Assembly: GCA_003598015.1 (NCBI GenBank)
Contig: QZKE01000066.1
Coordinates: 11,820-75,819, forward strand
DNA from: Actinomycetota bacterium
GTDB lineage: Bacteria; Actinomycetota; Geothermincolia; Geothermincolales; RBG-13-55-18
Direction of reading: 5' to 3'
DNA length: 64,000 nt
The notes beneath the pieces were generated by a model that was not told where the DNA came from, ran no database searches, and saw only the letters and a program-made list of their open reading frames with translations. The translations under genes were made by a program, and so were the position numbers. Positions within the stretch are counted from its first letter, which is position 1, and each line of letters opens with the position of its first letter. Below, piece by piece: positions 41,669 to 51,297 of the stretch.

Positions 41669-42430
41669 ATGATGAAACTTGCGAGATACCTGCACGAAGG
41701 GCATATAAGATACGGCATACTGGAGGGTGATACCCTCCACGAGCTCGAAAGCACGCCCTTCAGCGGCATCGAGAAGCAGGGGCGCACCTGCGGACTGGAC
41801 GAGGTGGAGATACTTCCACCCGTCTTCCCCCAGAAGATAATCGCGGTGGGCCTCAATTACCGCGACCACGCCGAGGAGTTCGACCTGGAGATGCCGGACG
41901 AGCCGGTGCTGTTCATGAAACCACCCTCCTCGCTGCTGGCACATGACGGCGAGATTATATACCCGCCCATGAGCAAACGCGTCGATTATGAGGCGGAGCT
42001 GGTGCTGGTGTGCGGAGCGGAGTGCCGTAATGTCGGGGCGGCGGAAGCCCCTGCCTATATCCTCGGCTACACCTGCGGCAATGACGTAACCGCCCGCGAC
42101 CTGCAGGCCAAGGACGGCCAGTGGACGCGCGCCAAGAGCTTCGATACCTTCTGCCCCCTGGGGCCCTTCATCGAGACCGATGTCGACCCCGGGGATCTGG
42201 CCATCGAGTTGAGGCTGAACGGAGAGGCGCACCAGTCCTCAAATACCGCCAACATGGCCTTCAGCCCGTTGGAGCTGCTGAGCTTCACGTCCCGCATCAT
42301 GACCCTCTTCCCCGGAGACGTGATCATGACCGGCACCCCCTCCGGGGTGGGGGAGATGTTCCCCGGCGACACCGTCGAGGTGCTCATCGCCGGCCTCGAC
42401 CCCCTGCGCAACTCTGTTATTCAGCGCTAG
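41669..42430 (+). CDS. Fumarylacetoacetate hydrolase family protein
   Basis: VGLNYRDH, DYEAEL, NDVTARD, KSFDTF, TGTPSGV. Confidence 0.93.
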   Translation: MMKLARYLHEGHIRYGILEGDTLHELESTPFSGIEKQGRTCGLDEVEILPPVFPQKIIAVGLNYRDHAEEFDLEMPDEPVLFMKPPSSLLAHDGEIIYPPMSKRVDYEAELVLVCGAECRNVGAAEAPAYILGYTCGNDVTARDLQAKDGQWTRAKSFDTFCPLGPFIETDVDPGDLAIELRLNGEAHQSSNTANMAFSPLELLSFTSRIMTLFPGDVIMTGTPSGVGEMFPGDTVEVLIAGLDPLRNSVIQR

Positions 42431-42584
42431 GTCGAAAAGGCTGTTTGAGGCAATCATTTGGCAAAACCGCTCCACGTCCGATAATCCATAAAGCACAGGG
42501 CAATACAGACCAGGGAGAGGACAGACTGGATGGGCTTGGTGTTCGCCTCTATGGCGGCCTTAATATCGCTGTTGGTGAGATGAT

Positions 42585-43565
42585 ATGGAGCCGGATTACA
42601 GGCGTGCGATAAGGCTGGCGCTGGGGGAGAAACGGCTTTGGGCCGCGGGACTGCTGGCGGCCATCGGCTTTTCCGAAGCGTGGTGGATCGTCTTCGGTTG
42701 GGGGCCGGAGTCCCTGGGCGAGAGATGGGAGAGGGCGGTAGGGGGCTGGATGGGGGACGCGGCCGCCTTCGTGGCCTTCGTCCTGGCCGCGCTGGCAGCC
42801 TTCGTAGTACTCAAGGCCGTGGGTTACCTGGGGGAGATGGTACTGGTGCGCCAGGTGGCACATGAAAGTCCGCGTGGGGTGCCCGGGTTCGCCGAGGCTT
42901 TCTCCTCCTCGCGGCGGCGCTACATCCCCTTCGCGGTTACCCTGCTTCCCTGGGACGCGCTGCGCATAGCGGTCATCTATCTCCCCACGCTGATCATCCT
43001 GGCATGGGACAGGTGGGACCCCCGCCTCCACCATGTCTTACCGTATATCCTGGTCATGCTGGTGTGGTTCCTCATCCTCCTCGCCGTGTATTACCTGGCA
43101 GGCATCACCGTGACGCTGGCGGCCCGCAGCTCCCTGCTCCAAGGGGAGGGGATACCGGAAGCCTGGCGTAGAGGGTGGGAGCTCCTGCGCGGGAACGCTG
43201 GGAGGTGCCTGGCAGTGTGGCTGCAGGCAGTGGCGGCCGATATCCTATTCGTGGTCATAGCCTGGCCGCTCTCCGCCCTACTGCCCTGGGTTGCCGGGCA
43301 GGTTGCCGATCCCATCGGCTTCGCCCCCGCAAGGTGGCTCATTCATCTCCTCGTATACGCGGTACTCGCGGGTGGCCTGGTCATCATGCAGGCAGGCATC
43401 CAGTGCTACAGGTCATCCCTGTGGACTATAACCTTCCTTGCGCTGAGCGGGGAGCCGGAGGACCGGGAAGATTCCCCTCAACGGGGCGACACGGGAGTGG
43501 AGGGGGAGACCTTCTACCCGCCGCTCACCCAACTCCCGGGGCCGCCGCCCGGGTTCATGCCCTGA
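42585..43565 (+). CDS. Hypothetical polytopic membrane protein
   Basis: Several TM segments and a Pro-rich tail; host-like codon style. Confidence 0.7.
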   Translation: MEPDYRRAIRLALGEKRLWAAGLLAAIGFSEAWWIVFGWGPESLGERWERAVGGWMGDAAAFVAFVLAALAAFVVLKAVGYLGEMVLVRQVAHESPRGVPGFAEAFSSSRRRYIPFAVTLLPWDALRIAVIYLPTLIILAWDRWDPRLHHVLPYILVMLVWFLILLAVYYLAGITVTLAARSSLLQGEGIPEAWRRGWELLRGNAGRCLAVWLQAVAADILFVVIAWPLSALLPWVAGQVADPIGFAPARWLIHLLVYAVLAGGLVIMQAGIQCYRSSLWTITFLALSGEPEDREDSPQRGDTGVEGETFYPPLTQLPGPPPGFMP

Positions 43566-43610
43566 GTGGGGGGGCTTACCCCTGGGCCCGATGCTTCCCG
43601 GACAAGAACT

Positions 43611-44282
43611 CTATTTGATGACCTCGTAGAGGAGCCAGACAACGTCGCCCTCCAGCTTCTCCATGCGTTCGAGGCGGAGGGCTATCACGCCATGCGCTGA
43701 AGCGAGCTCGGGGGCGATGAACATGGAACGGAGCTCCTTCCCGCCCACCAGGCACGGGCTGAGCAGCAGGCTGACCTTGTCCACCAGGCCTTCTCGCAGC
43801 AGCACGCCGTTCAAAGTCCCGCCGCAGTCCGCGCGCACCACCGTTATGCCGTAGCGCGAGTTGAGCTCCTCCAGCGCCGCGCGCATGTCTACGTGGTCGT
43901 CGCCGGCGACGATGTAATCGATGCCCAGCCTGTCCAGGTACTCCATGTATTCCCGGGGGGTTGCAGTCGAGACCAGGGCCACCGCATCCCGCCAGTACTG
44001 CTCCTCGCGCAGCAGGTGCCAGGCCTTTACCCGTCCCCGGCTGTCGGGCACCACCAGGAGGGGCAGCGATCCGTCCCTGTTGCGTTGCGGAGGTTCGTAA
44101 CCCTCCAGGTCAAGTTCCAGGTCTTCCTCGGGGTAGCCCGCGACGATGGTGTTCGAGCCAGCCAGGGTGGCTTCTTCCCCGAATGAGGCGGCTATGCCGT
44201 AGAAGAGCGCCAGGTCCGGGGTGATCCAGTCGAAGCGCCCATCCACGCTCACCGCGTTATGCAGTATCACATGTGGCAGCAT
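43611..44282 (-). CDS. RibD C-terminal (DHFR-like) pyrimidine reductase family protein
   Basis: PHVILHNAVSVDGR, DSRGR, GGTLNG...GLVD; GGAGG RBS. Confidence 0.85.
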   Translation of the reverse strand: MLPHVILHNAVSVDGRFDWITPDLALFYGIAASFGEEATLAGSNTIVAGYPEEDLELDLEGYEPPQRNRDGSLPLLVVPDSRGRVKAWHLLREEQYWRDAVALVSTATPREYMEYLDRLGIDYIVAGDDHVDMRAALEELNSRYGITVVRADCGGTLNGVLLREGLVDKVSLLLSPCLVGGKELRSMFIAPELASAHGVIALRLERMEKLEGDVVWLLYEVIK

Positions 44283-44484
44283 ATTACCTCCTTGTGTCTC
44301 TTCAGTCAGCCGCATGACATGCTATCACATGCCGGTGTCAGTAATGGCGATTCCACAAGAGACGCATAGAAGGCCGTCCGGCGCATGCTACGAGGAGGAT
44401 CCGGTCGTGAGATCCAGGGGCTGGACCCCTGAAGACAACGCGACGGACCGCGGGCGGAACGGGACGCAGATCCTCGCCCGGCCG

Positions 44485-45897
44485 TCAGGCGATTACAGCC
44501 TCCCTGCCCTCGCTGTATATTCCGGCCTTGGGTGCGGGCTCGTAGGATGAAGGCGGGTCGGAGTAGCCCGACTCGCAGTTGCGGTTATAGCGGTTGAACA
44601 TCTTCATCCACTTGCCGGCGACCATGGGGTCGCGGCTCAGGACGGTCTTCATCTCGCGCAGCACCTGTCCGGTTATGTGGCGATACCTCCAGACCCCTCG
44701 GCCGAAGAGCTCGTGGGCCCTCCTTCTCATCTCCCGTTCGTCGTTACCGGGCAGCGCCCAGCGCATATCCCATCTCCGGGTATCGGAGAGACTGGCGGAG
44801 ATGACGGAATGCGCTTTCACGCGCTCGTCGTATCTGCGCAGGAAAGAGGCCGAAGCATCCCCGGCCTTGACGGCCTCCACGGCCACGTCGCCGGCGATGG
44901 CCCCCGAAAACCAGGCGTTGGGCACACCGTCACCGAAGGCCGAGCTCTCCATGGCGGCCGCGTCACCGATGATGAGCATGCCCTCTCCGTAGATGGGCAT
45001 CTCGCGTATCCTGCGGTCGAGCCCGGCATAGATGGGGCAGACGTCGAACATCTTCGCCCTCAGCTTCAGCTTGGGGGCGATATCGTTCTTCCAGCGAGAC
45101 ACGGTGTTCGTGAAATTCTCGAAGTATTCCTCGAGCAGCCTGGCCACATGAGGGATCTTTCCCTCGGTCACCAGGAATTGACCCAGGCCGGGGTGGATGC
45201 TCTCGCGGTAGGTGAAGATATAGAAGGTGGACCCGTATCCCAGGGGAGCGGTTATCTTCTCGTCGGGCATGGCGCAGTAGAACTCCACGCTGTTTCCGAA
45301 GGTGCTGTCGACGTCCTCCTTGGCCATCTCGAAATCCCAGAGCATATAGAGCTCGAGGGCGTCGGGCGGCAGCTTGCGTCGCAAACCCGCCTTGAGGGCC
45401 AGGCCGTCCTGGGTGCCCGCGGCGTCGATCACCACTTTGGCCCTGATCTCATCGCCCTTGTCGGTGACGACCCCCTTCACCCTGTCCTGCTCCATGATGA
45501 GATCCATCACCGCCGTGGAGGTGCGCAGCTCGGCCCCGGCTTCCACGGCCCGGTCCGCCAGCCATACGCACATGGGCTCGCAGTAGGCGCTATAGGTGAG
45601 GGCCAGGGGAGGGGGAAGCCACAGCGACTTGTCTGAGGCGTAGATCTCCCCATTTTTCACGAAGTGGTTGACCACCTTGCGTATGGGTTTCTGCAGGGGA
45701 GGGTTGCCGTCGCGTATAAAGGGAGGCGCGAAGAGGAAACCGTAGAAGGGGATGACCAGACCGGATACGACTTTATCCCCCGGCGTGATAGACCGTTCCA
45801 GTACGAGCGTCTTCAGCCCTGCTGAAGCGCACTTATGTGCAGCGACGGGACCGCCGAAACCCGCCCCCACGACCACGACATCATAGTCTTCGCCCAT
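44485..45897 (-). CDS. FAD-dependent oxidoreductase (FixC / geranylgeranyl reductase family)
   Basis: YDVVVVGAGFGG, IIGDAA, C-terminal FLRRYDER; ferredoxin immediately upstream. Confidence 0.85.
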   Translation of the reverse strand: MGEDYDVVVVGAGFGGPVAAHKCASAGLKTLVLERSITPGDKVVSGLVIPFYGFLFAPPFIRDGNPPLQKPIRKVVNHFVKNGEIYASDKSLWLPPPLALTYSAYCEPMCVWLADRAVEAGAELRTSTAVMDLIMEQDRVKGVVTDKGDEIRAKVVIDAAGTQDGLALKAGLRRKLPPDALELYMLWDFEMAKEDVDSTFGNSVEFYCAMPDEKITAPLGYGSTFYIFTYRESIHPGLGQFLVTEGKIPHVARLLEEYFENFTNTVSRWKNDIAPKLKLRAKMFDVCPIYAGLDRRIREMPIYGEGMLIIGDAAAMESSAFGDGVPNAWFSGAIAGDVAVEAVKAGDASASFLRRYDERVKAHSVISASLSDTRRWDMRWALPGNDEREMRRRAHELFGRGVWRYRHITGQVLREMKTVLSRDPMVAGKWMKMFNRYNRNCESGYSDPPSSYEPAPKAGIYSEGREAVIA

Positions 45898-45902
45898 GGC
45901 TA

Positions 45903-46172
45903 TCACCCCCACCGGGTCCTGAATCCCGTGCCTCCCGGCGGCCAGGAGAAGAGGATAGCTTCGGGCGCGCAGACGTACCAGCAGGCGCCACATTCCATGC
46001 ACATATCGAGGTTATCGACCACGGCTTTCTTGCTCGAGATCTTGAAGCATTTCGCCAGGCAGACCCTTACGCAGTTGCCGCAGCCATCGCATCTCTCCGG
46101 GGCGACCGAGATATGCCGGCCCGAACCCTCTACCCACTCCACGCCTGGAAAATCCTGGTAAGTCTTGGTCAT
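45903..46172 (-). CDS. 2[4Fe-4S] ferredoxin (FixX-like)
   Basis: CDGCGNCVRVC and CMECGACWYVC; W..P.GG.G tail. Confidence 0.9.
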   Translation of the reverse strand: MTKTYQDFPGVEWVEGSGRHISVAPERCDGCGNCVRVCLAKCFKISSKKAVVDNLDMCMECGACWYVCAPEAILFSWPPGGTGFRTRWG

Positions 46173-46386
46173 AAAAAACCCCTCCTCCTGCCGGGTAATT
46201 ACTGGTATTTGCGCTACTGCCGATATCTCATCATACTTCCGATGTTTTGCTTAATTCAAGTCAGTAAATGCCCCCTGCATCCCTACCGCAACCCCAGCTT
46301 ATTATCGCTTCACCCGTACTTAACGGAGAAGAACCTGATATCATTATTCTCGTTTCACGAGGATGTTCGTTGAAGGAAGGAGATAG

Positions 46387-47835
46387 GTGTTGCGCCTGCG
46401 TTTCGCGCCCAGCCCGACTGGATACCTGCACGTGGGGGGAGCGCGCACAGCGCTATTCAACTGGCTTCTGGCACGACGCTCCGGGGGCGTATTCATCCTG
46501 CGCATCGAGGACACCGACATCTCGCGCTCCACCGAGGAGGCCATCGAGGCCATTATCGAGGATATGCGCTGGCTGGGACTGGACTGGGACGAGGGCCCGG
46601 AGGTGGGAGGGGACCACTGGCCTTACCGACAGACAGGCCGGGCTGCCCTCTACCTGGAGGCGGCTCACGGCCTGCTGGAGGAGGGCAGGGCCTACCGCTG
46701 TTTCTGTCTCCCCGAGGAGTTGGCGGAGCGGCGGGAACGCGCCGCGGCCGAGGGGCGCAGTCCCATGTACGACCGGCGCTGCCGCGATATCCCGGCGGAG
46801 GAAGCCGCGGGCATGGAGAAGGAGGGAAGACCCTTCGCCCTGCGCTTCCTGGTGCCGGAGGGGGAGACGGTGGTGGAGGACCTCATCCGAGGCGATGTCG
46901 CCTTCTCCAACGCGGAGATAGAGGACTTCGTGCTCCTGCGCAACGACGGATCTCCCACCTACAACCTGGCCGTGGTGGTGGACGACCTGGAGATGCGGGT
47001 GAGCCACGTGGTGCGCGGGGATGATCATCTCCCCAACACCCCCAAACAGGTCCTGCTCTACCGCGCCCTGGGGGCAGGAGAACCCGCCTTCGCCCACCTG
47101 CCCATGATCGTGGGGCAGGACGGCAAGCCGCTCTCCAAGCGCCACGGGGACGTGTCCGTGGGCCGTTTCCGGGAGATGGGCTTCCTGCCCGAGGCCATGG
47201 TGAACTTCCTGGCCCTGCTGGGATGGTCGCTGGATGACTCCACGACCCTCATCGACCGCGAGACCCTCGTCGCCAACTTCGCTCTCGAACGGGTGAGCTC
47301 CAAGCCCGCCGTCTGGGACGACGATAAGCTGACGTGGATGAACGCGCAGTACATTATGGCCCTGGGCGACGAGGAGCTGGCGCGGGTGTTGATGCCCGTA
47401 ATGGTAGGAGCGGGCCTGATAGCCGCGGACGATGAGGAAGCCCGGGAGAGACTGCAGCGCGCCGCGCCACTCATACGCGAGCGCATCAAGGTGCTGTCGG
47501 ATGCCGTTCCCCTGCTGGCCTTCCTCTTCGGGGAGGTGGAGGTAGTGGATGACTCCCGCGAGCTGCTGCGCGGTGACGAGAACGTGAGTATCCTCAGGGA
47601 GACGGGTAAACGCCTGCTGGAGCTGGGGAGATTTGCGTCGTCTGATATAGAGACGTCGCTGCGGGATATGGCCGATGAGTTGAGCATAAAGGCGCGCAAG
47701 GCCTTTCAGCCCATCCGCGTGGCCATCGCCGGCAGCAAAGTGAGCCCGCCGCTCTTCGAGTCCATGGAGATACTGGGGAGGGAAAAGTGCATGCAGCGCA
47801 TCGCTCGCGCCCTGGAGACGGCGCGGGAGGGCTAG
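46387..47835 (+). CDS. gltX: Glutamate--tRNA ligase
   Basis: RFAPSPTGYLHVGG, RIEDTD, PLSKR, SPPLFE. Confidence 0.97.
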   Translation: MLRLRFAPSPTGYLHVGGARTALFNWLLARRSGGVFILRIEDTDISRSTEEAIEAIIEDMRWLGLDWDEGPEVGGDHWPYRQTGRAALYLEAAHGLLEEGRAYRCFCLPEELAERRERAAAEGRSPMYDRRCRDIPAEEAAGMEKEGRPFALRFLVPEGETVVEDLIRGDVAFSNAEIEDFVLLRNDGSPTYNLAVVVDDLEMRVSHVVRGDDHLPNTPKQVLLYRALGAGEPAFAHLPMIVGQDGKPLSKRHGDVSVGRFREMGFLPEAMVNFLALLGWSLDDSTTLIDRETLVANFALERVSSKPAVWDDDKLTWMNAQYIMALGDEELARVLMPVMVGAGLIAADDEEARERLQRAAPLIRERIKVLSDAVPLLAFLFGEVEVVDDSRELLRGDENVSILRETGKRLLELGRFASSDIETSLRDMADELSIKARKAFQPIRVAIAGSKVSPPLFESMEILGREKCMQRIARALETAREG

Positions 47836-48000
47836 CATACTTTTTCCTGCGCATGCCTTGCCGGCAGCTTTCCCGATCTGCGCGGTTGCGAGAAGTGAAG
47901 TGACGTGGCAGGCTCGTTTCAAGGAAGGTGCCGCTGCTTAATGGGTAGATAATGAAAGCCCGAACGCGATTGTCGGGGCTGAACGGTGGAAGGAGACGAA

Positions 48001-48762
48001 ATGCAACTACGCTGGTTGGGTACGGCTGGCTTCGAGCTGAGCAGCGGAGGCGCCACCGTACTTATCGACCCCTATTTCACCAGGAACCCCAAAGCCAGGC
48101 CCGAGCAGAGGTTGAAGCCCGCTGATTTTCCGCACGTGCAGGCGGTCTTCCTGACCCACGGACACTTCGACCACAGCTTCGACGTGCCGGCAGTCGTGGA
48201 ACTCTCCGGTGCGGCGGTATTCGCCTCGCCCGTGGTGTGCCAGTCCCTGGCGTCGAAGGGGGTGCCCTGGAACAGGCTGCGCCCGTGCTGGGGGGGAGAG
48301 AGCGTCGAAGTGGGCCCCTTCCGCTTCACTGCCGTTCCCGCGCGGCATGTCACCTTCGACGCCCACCTGGTGCTCTCCACGGCATGGAAGTGTCTGCCGC
48401 ACCTTCCCGAGCTGGCGCGCCTGGGATCGACACACTACCCTTGCGGGCAGGTGCTTGGCTGGTACATAGAGGTGGAGAGTAAGAGGCTCTTTCACATGGG
48501 CAGCGCCTGCCTGCCCCGGGATCTCGACGAGAAAGTGGACGTGTTCATGGTCCCGGTGCAGGGGAGGACGGATATCTGCTCGGTGGCCGCCGACCTGGTG
48601 GCGAGGATAAAGCCGTCGGTGGTCATACCCCATCACCACGACGATTTTTACCCGCCTTTGAGCCGCTACGTGGACCTGGGTCCCTTCGAGCACGAGCTGC
48701 GCCTGCGGGGACTGCAGGTGCAGGTGCGTACCCCCGCCCTTAACAGATTGATGGAACTGTAG
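48001..48762 (+). CDS. MBL-fold metallo-hydrolase
   Basis: LRWLGTAG, LIDPY, THGHFDH, IPHHHD. Confidence 0.9.
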   Translation: MQLRWLGTAGFELSSGGATVLIDPYFTRNPKARPEQRLKPADFPHVQAVFLTHGHFDHSFDVPAVVELSGAAVFASPVVCQSLASKGVPWNRLRPCWGGESVEVGPFRFTAVPARHVTFDAHLVLSTAWKCLPHLPELARLGSTHYPCGQVLGWYIEVESKRLFHMGSACLPRDLDEKVDVFMVPVQGRTDICSVAADLVARIKPSVVIPHHHDDFYPPLSRYVDLGPFEHELRLRGLQVQVRTPALNRLMEL

Positions 48763-48869
48763 GCCGCGACCCAGGCTGCCCGCCCGCCCGTTTCGCGCAC
48801 CTTTACGCGCTATGGCGGGTCATAGATAATGGACGGTGAAAATCACGCTATACGACCTGGAGGGATGAC

Positions 48870-49886
48870 ATGGAGAACAAGCCTTTTAAAGCACTGGTGG
48901 CGCGCGAAGGAGAGGGCAAGACCTTCATGCGCTCGCTCGAGACGAGGAATATCGAGGACCTCCCCGCAGGTGATGTGATAATCAAGGTCCTCTACAGCTC
49001 GGTGAACTACAAGGACGCGCTTTCCGCCTCGGGAAACAGGGGTGTGACCAGGAATTTCCCCCATACACCCGGCATCGACGCCGCGGGGACGGTGGAGGAG
49101 GACGCGAGCGGCAGGTTCTCTTCCGGAGACGAGGTGCTGGTGACCGGCTACGACCTGGGGATGAACACCTCGGGCGGCCTCGCCGAGTACGTACGCGTGC
49201 CCGCCGACTGGGTGGTGAAATTGCCACAGGGCTTGACCCTCAAGGACTCCATGATCTACGGAACGGCGGGGTTCACGGCTGCCCTTTCGGTACTGAGATT
49301 GACCGAGGCAGGCGTGAAGCCGGGGGACGGAGATGTGCTGGTCACCGGGGCCAGCGGCGGCGTGGGCAGCATCGCCATGCGCATCCTGGCCAAACTCGGC
49401 TACACGGTGGTTGCGGCCGCCGGCCTTATGGACGAGGCGGAGTTCGCGCGCTACGAGGAGATACTGACGAGCCTCGGAGCATCCAGGGTAATACCCGCCT
49501 CCGAGGTCGACGATACCTCGGGCAAGCTCATGTTCAAGGGGATATGGCCCGGCGTGATCGACACCGTTGGAGGCAACATACTGGCCACGGTGGTGAAATC
49601 CGCAGCCTACGGCGGCGTGGTGACCACCTGCGGCAACGCCGCCGGCCACGAGCTGGACCTCAACGTCTACCCCTTCATCCTGCGCGGCGTCAGCCTCCTG
49701 GGCGTGGACTCGGTTGAGTGTCCCATGGACAGGCGTCTCAAGGTGTGGGAGAAACTGGCGGGCGAGTGGAAGCTGGATAGCCTGGAGGAGATGTCGGCCG
49801 AGATCTCCCTGGATGAGGTCGAGGAGAGGATCCAGCTCCTTCTGGACAAGGCGTCCAAGGGCCGCGCCGTGGTCAAGATACAATAA
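48870..49886 (+). CDS. YhdH/YhfP (AcuI-like) MDR oxidoreductase
   Basis: YSSVNYKDAL, PGIDAAG, GTAGFTA, PFILRGVSLLGVDS. Confidence 0.92.
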   Translation: MENKPFKALVAREGEGKTFMRSLETRNIEDLPAGDVIIKVLYSSVNYKDALSASGNRGVTRNFPHTPGIDAAGTVEEDASGRFSSGDEVLVTGYDLGMNTSGGLAEYVRVPADWVVKLPQGLTLKDSMIYGTAGFTAALSVLRLTEAGVKPGDGDVLVTGASGGVGSIAMRILAKLGYTVVAAAGLMDEAEFARYEEILTSLGASRVIPASEVDDTSGKLMFKGIWPGVIDTVGGNILATVVKSAAYGGVVTTCGNAAGHELDLNVYPFILRGVSLLGVDSVECPMDRRLKVWEKLAGEWKLDSLEEMSAEISLDEVEERIQLLLDKASKGRAVVKIQ

Positions 49887-49887
49887 T

Positions 49888-49922
49888 GGGGTCAGGTCTG
49901 CTATTCGCTACCCCCGGGGGTA
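49888..49922. repeat. REP half-site GGGGTCAGGTCT followed by a short palindrome
   Basis: ggggtcaggtct...tacccccgggggta after the yhdH-like stop. Confidence 0.6.
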
Positions 49923-49956
49923 TTAACACATTCTCGTGAATTGGGTTTCCGCCTCA

Positions 49957-49985
49957 TTGAGCCGGGAAAATCCTTATGCTATCAT
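49957..49985 (+). promoter_or_regulatory. Putative promoter of the tRNA pair
   Basis: TTGAGC-17 bp-TATCAT with extended TG, 16 nt before tRNA-Gln. Confidence 0.6.
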
Positions 49986-50001
49986 AGCCAAGGACATTCC
50001 C

Positions 50002-50075
50002 TGGGGGATCGTCTAACGGTAGGACGCGAGACTCTGGATCTCGTTGTGAGGGTTCGAATCCTTCTCCCCCAGCCA
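50002..50075 (+). tRNA. tRNA-Gln(CTG)
   Basis: Cloverleaf: acceptor tggggga/tccccca, anticodon loop ctCTGga, GTTCGAATC, encoded CCA. Confidence 0.95.
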
Positions 50076-50095
50076 GAATTAAATATCGAATGCGT

Positions 50096-50173
50096 GGCGC
50101 ATTAGTCTAGTTGGCCTAGGACGCCGCCCTCTCAAGGCGGAGATCGCGGGTTCGAATCCCGCATGCGCTACCA
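50096..50173 (+). tRNA. tRNA-Glu(CTC)
   Basis: Cloverleaf: acceptor ggcgcat/atgcgct, anticodon loop ctCTCaa, GTTCGAATC, encoded CCA. Confidence 0.93.
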
Positions 50174-50177
50174 GGAT

Positions 50178-50202
50178 AAAAGGCCCCTCGCGGGGCCTTT
50201 TT
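50178..50202. terminator. Intrinsic terminator after tRNA-Glu
   Basis: aaaaggcccc-tcgc-ggggccttttt. Confidence 0.9.
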
Positions 50203-50342
50203 ATTTCCAGCCAATATTTATAACCGAACGTGCGATTGGATTGATGGACAAATTATGGGGGAGGCTGAAAGGAAAATCCCTCGAATATCAACGGATATCA
50301 TGAGCTTTCTATGATATCTATGAAGCGAAGATTTATCTCGCC

Positions 50343-50972
50343 TTACTTCGCTGTCGCACTAATCCTGACTATTCCACATCCGCCGCTATCTTCATTCTGG
50401 GACCATGTCCCGGGATCTGAGTCTATTACCTCGTATGTCCCGGCCGGCAGGTCTATATCTGGGTAGGCGTTCCAGTAGGCATTGGGCACCCCGCCCTGAC
50501 CCGTCGTGCCTGTGGTTTGCCATGGTCCGTATATCTCTCCGCTGGTCGTGTCTTTGAGGGCAATGGTACCCGGTGCTGCGCCCATGTTGAGGTAGTGATA
50601 GTCCACAATACTGTAAATATGGCGCTCTTCGGAAAGGGTGAAGACGGTCGGGGCGCTGACGCCGTTGTACACGGCTAACGGGTTACCGTTGTCGAAGACG
50701 AGCTCGGTGGCCGGCGCTTCTTCTTTCGTCTGTTCCTCCCCTTCATTACTCGTCTGGTGTTCTTGCTCCTCGGTTTCTTGGGGCTGCGAAACCTCTTCAG
50801 AATCATCTTCAAGGTAAGCCGTTTTCCCGCACGAGCACCCTTGCCCATGTTCTCCACATCCATTAGAGGCCAGGGCTATTAAACAGAACAACAAAGCAAC
50901 AGGGGTTAACTTAAGAACGAGTGCGGCCTTGGGTCTATTCGCAAAGGGTTCTGGAACTCGCTTCACGGCCAA
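50343..50972 (-). CDS. Putative lipoprotein with acidic linker and uncharacterised C-terminal domain
   Basis: Hydrophobic stretch ending ASNG-C; Glu/Gln-rich linker; GPW...GQGGVPNAYW...GTYEVIDSDP domain. Confidence 0.75.
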   Translation of the reverse strand: MAVKRVPEPFANRPKAALVLKLTPVALLFCLIALASNGCGEHGQGCSCGKTAYLEDDSEEVSQPQETEEQEHQTSNEGEEQTKEEAPATELVFDNGNPLAVYNGVSAPTVFTLSEERHIYSIVDYHYLNMGAAPGTIALKDTTSGEIYGPWQTTGTTGQGGVPNAYWNAYPDIDLPAGTYEVIDSDPGTWSQNEDSGGCGIVRISATAK

Positions 50973-51117
50973 CCTCCTTACGCATAAGAGCTATTCGATA
51001 CCATGAAACACCCATCCAGACGTTATTATAATACTATCTGTAAAGAGGGTCGATGCGAGCGGCAGGAGTCTAACACTTGCCGCTATCGTTACTTGGTCTC
51101 ATGAAGAGAACCGCTTA

Positions 51118-51197
51118 AGAAAGAACTCAGAAGTTATGCAGTTGGACACGGAGCATTCATGCCCTGCAAGCAAAGAGGCCCCTCACGGGGCCTCTTT
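51118..51197 (+). mobile_element. att-like junction 1: shared arm + degenerate tRNA-Glu 3' end + terminator
   Basis: 33 bp identical to 52027-52059, then catgccctgcaagcaaagaggcccctcacggggcctcttt resembling 50162-50201. Confidence 0.75.
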
Positions 51198-51297
51198 AAC
51201 GGCTTTTGGTGCTAGATAGCCTGAAGCGCCTGATATTAGAACTCGGTCAACCGACGACGCCGCCTTTTTGCCGGCTCGACGTATAAGCAGGAATAGT

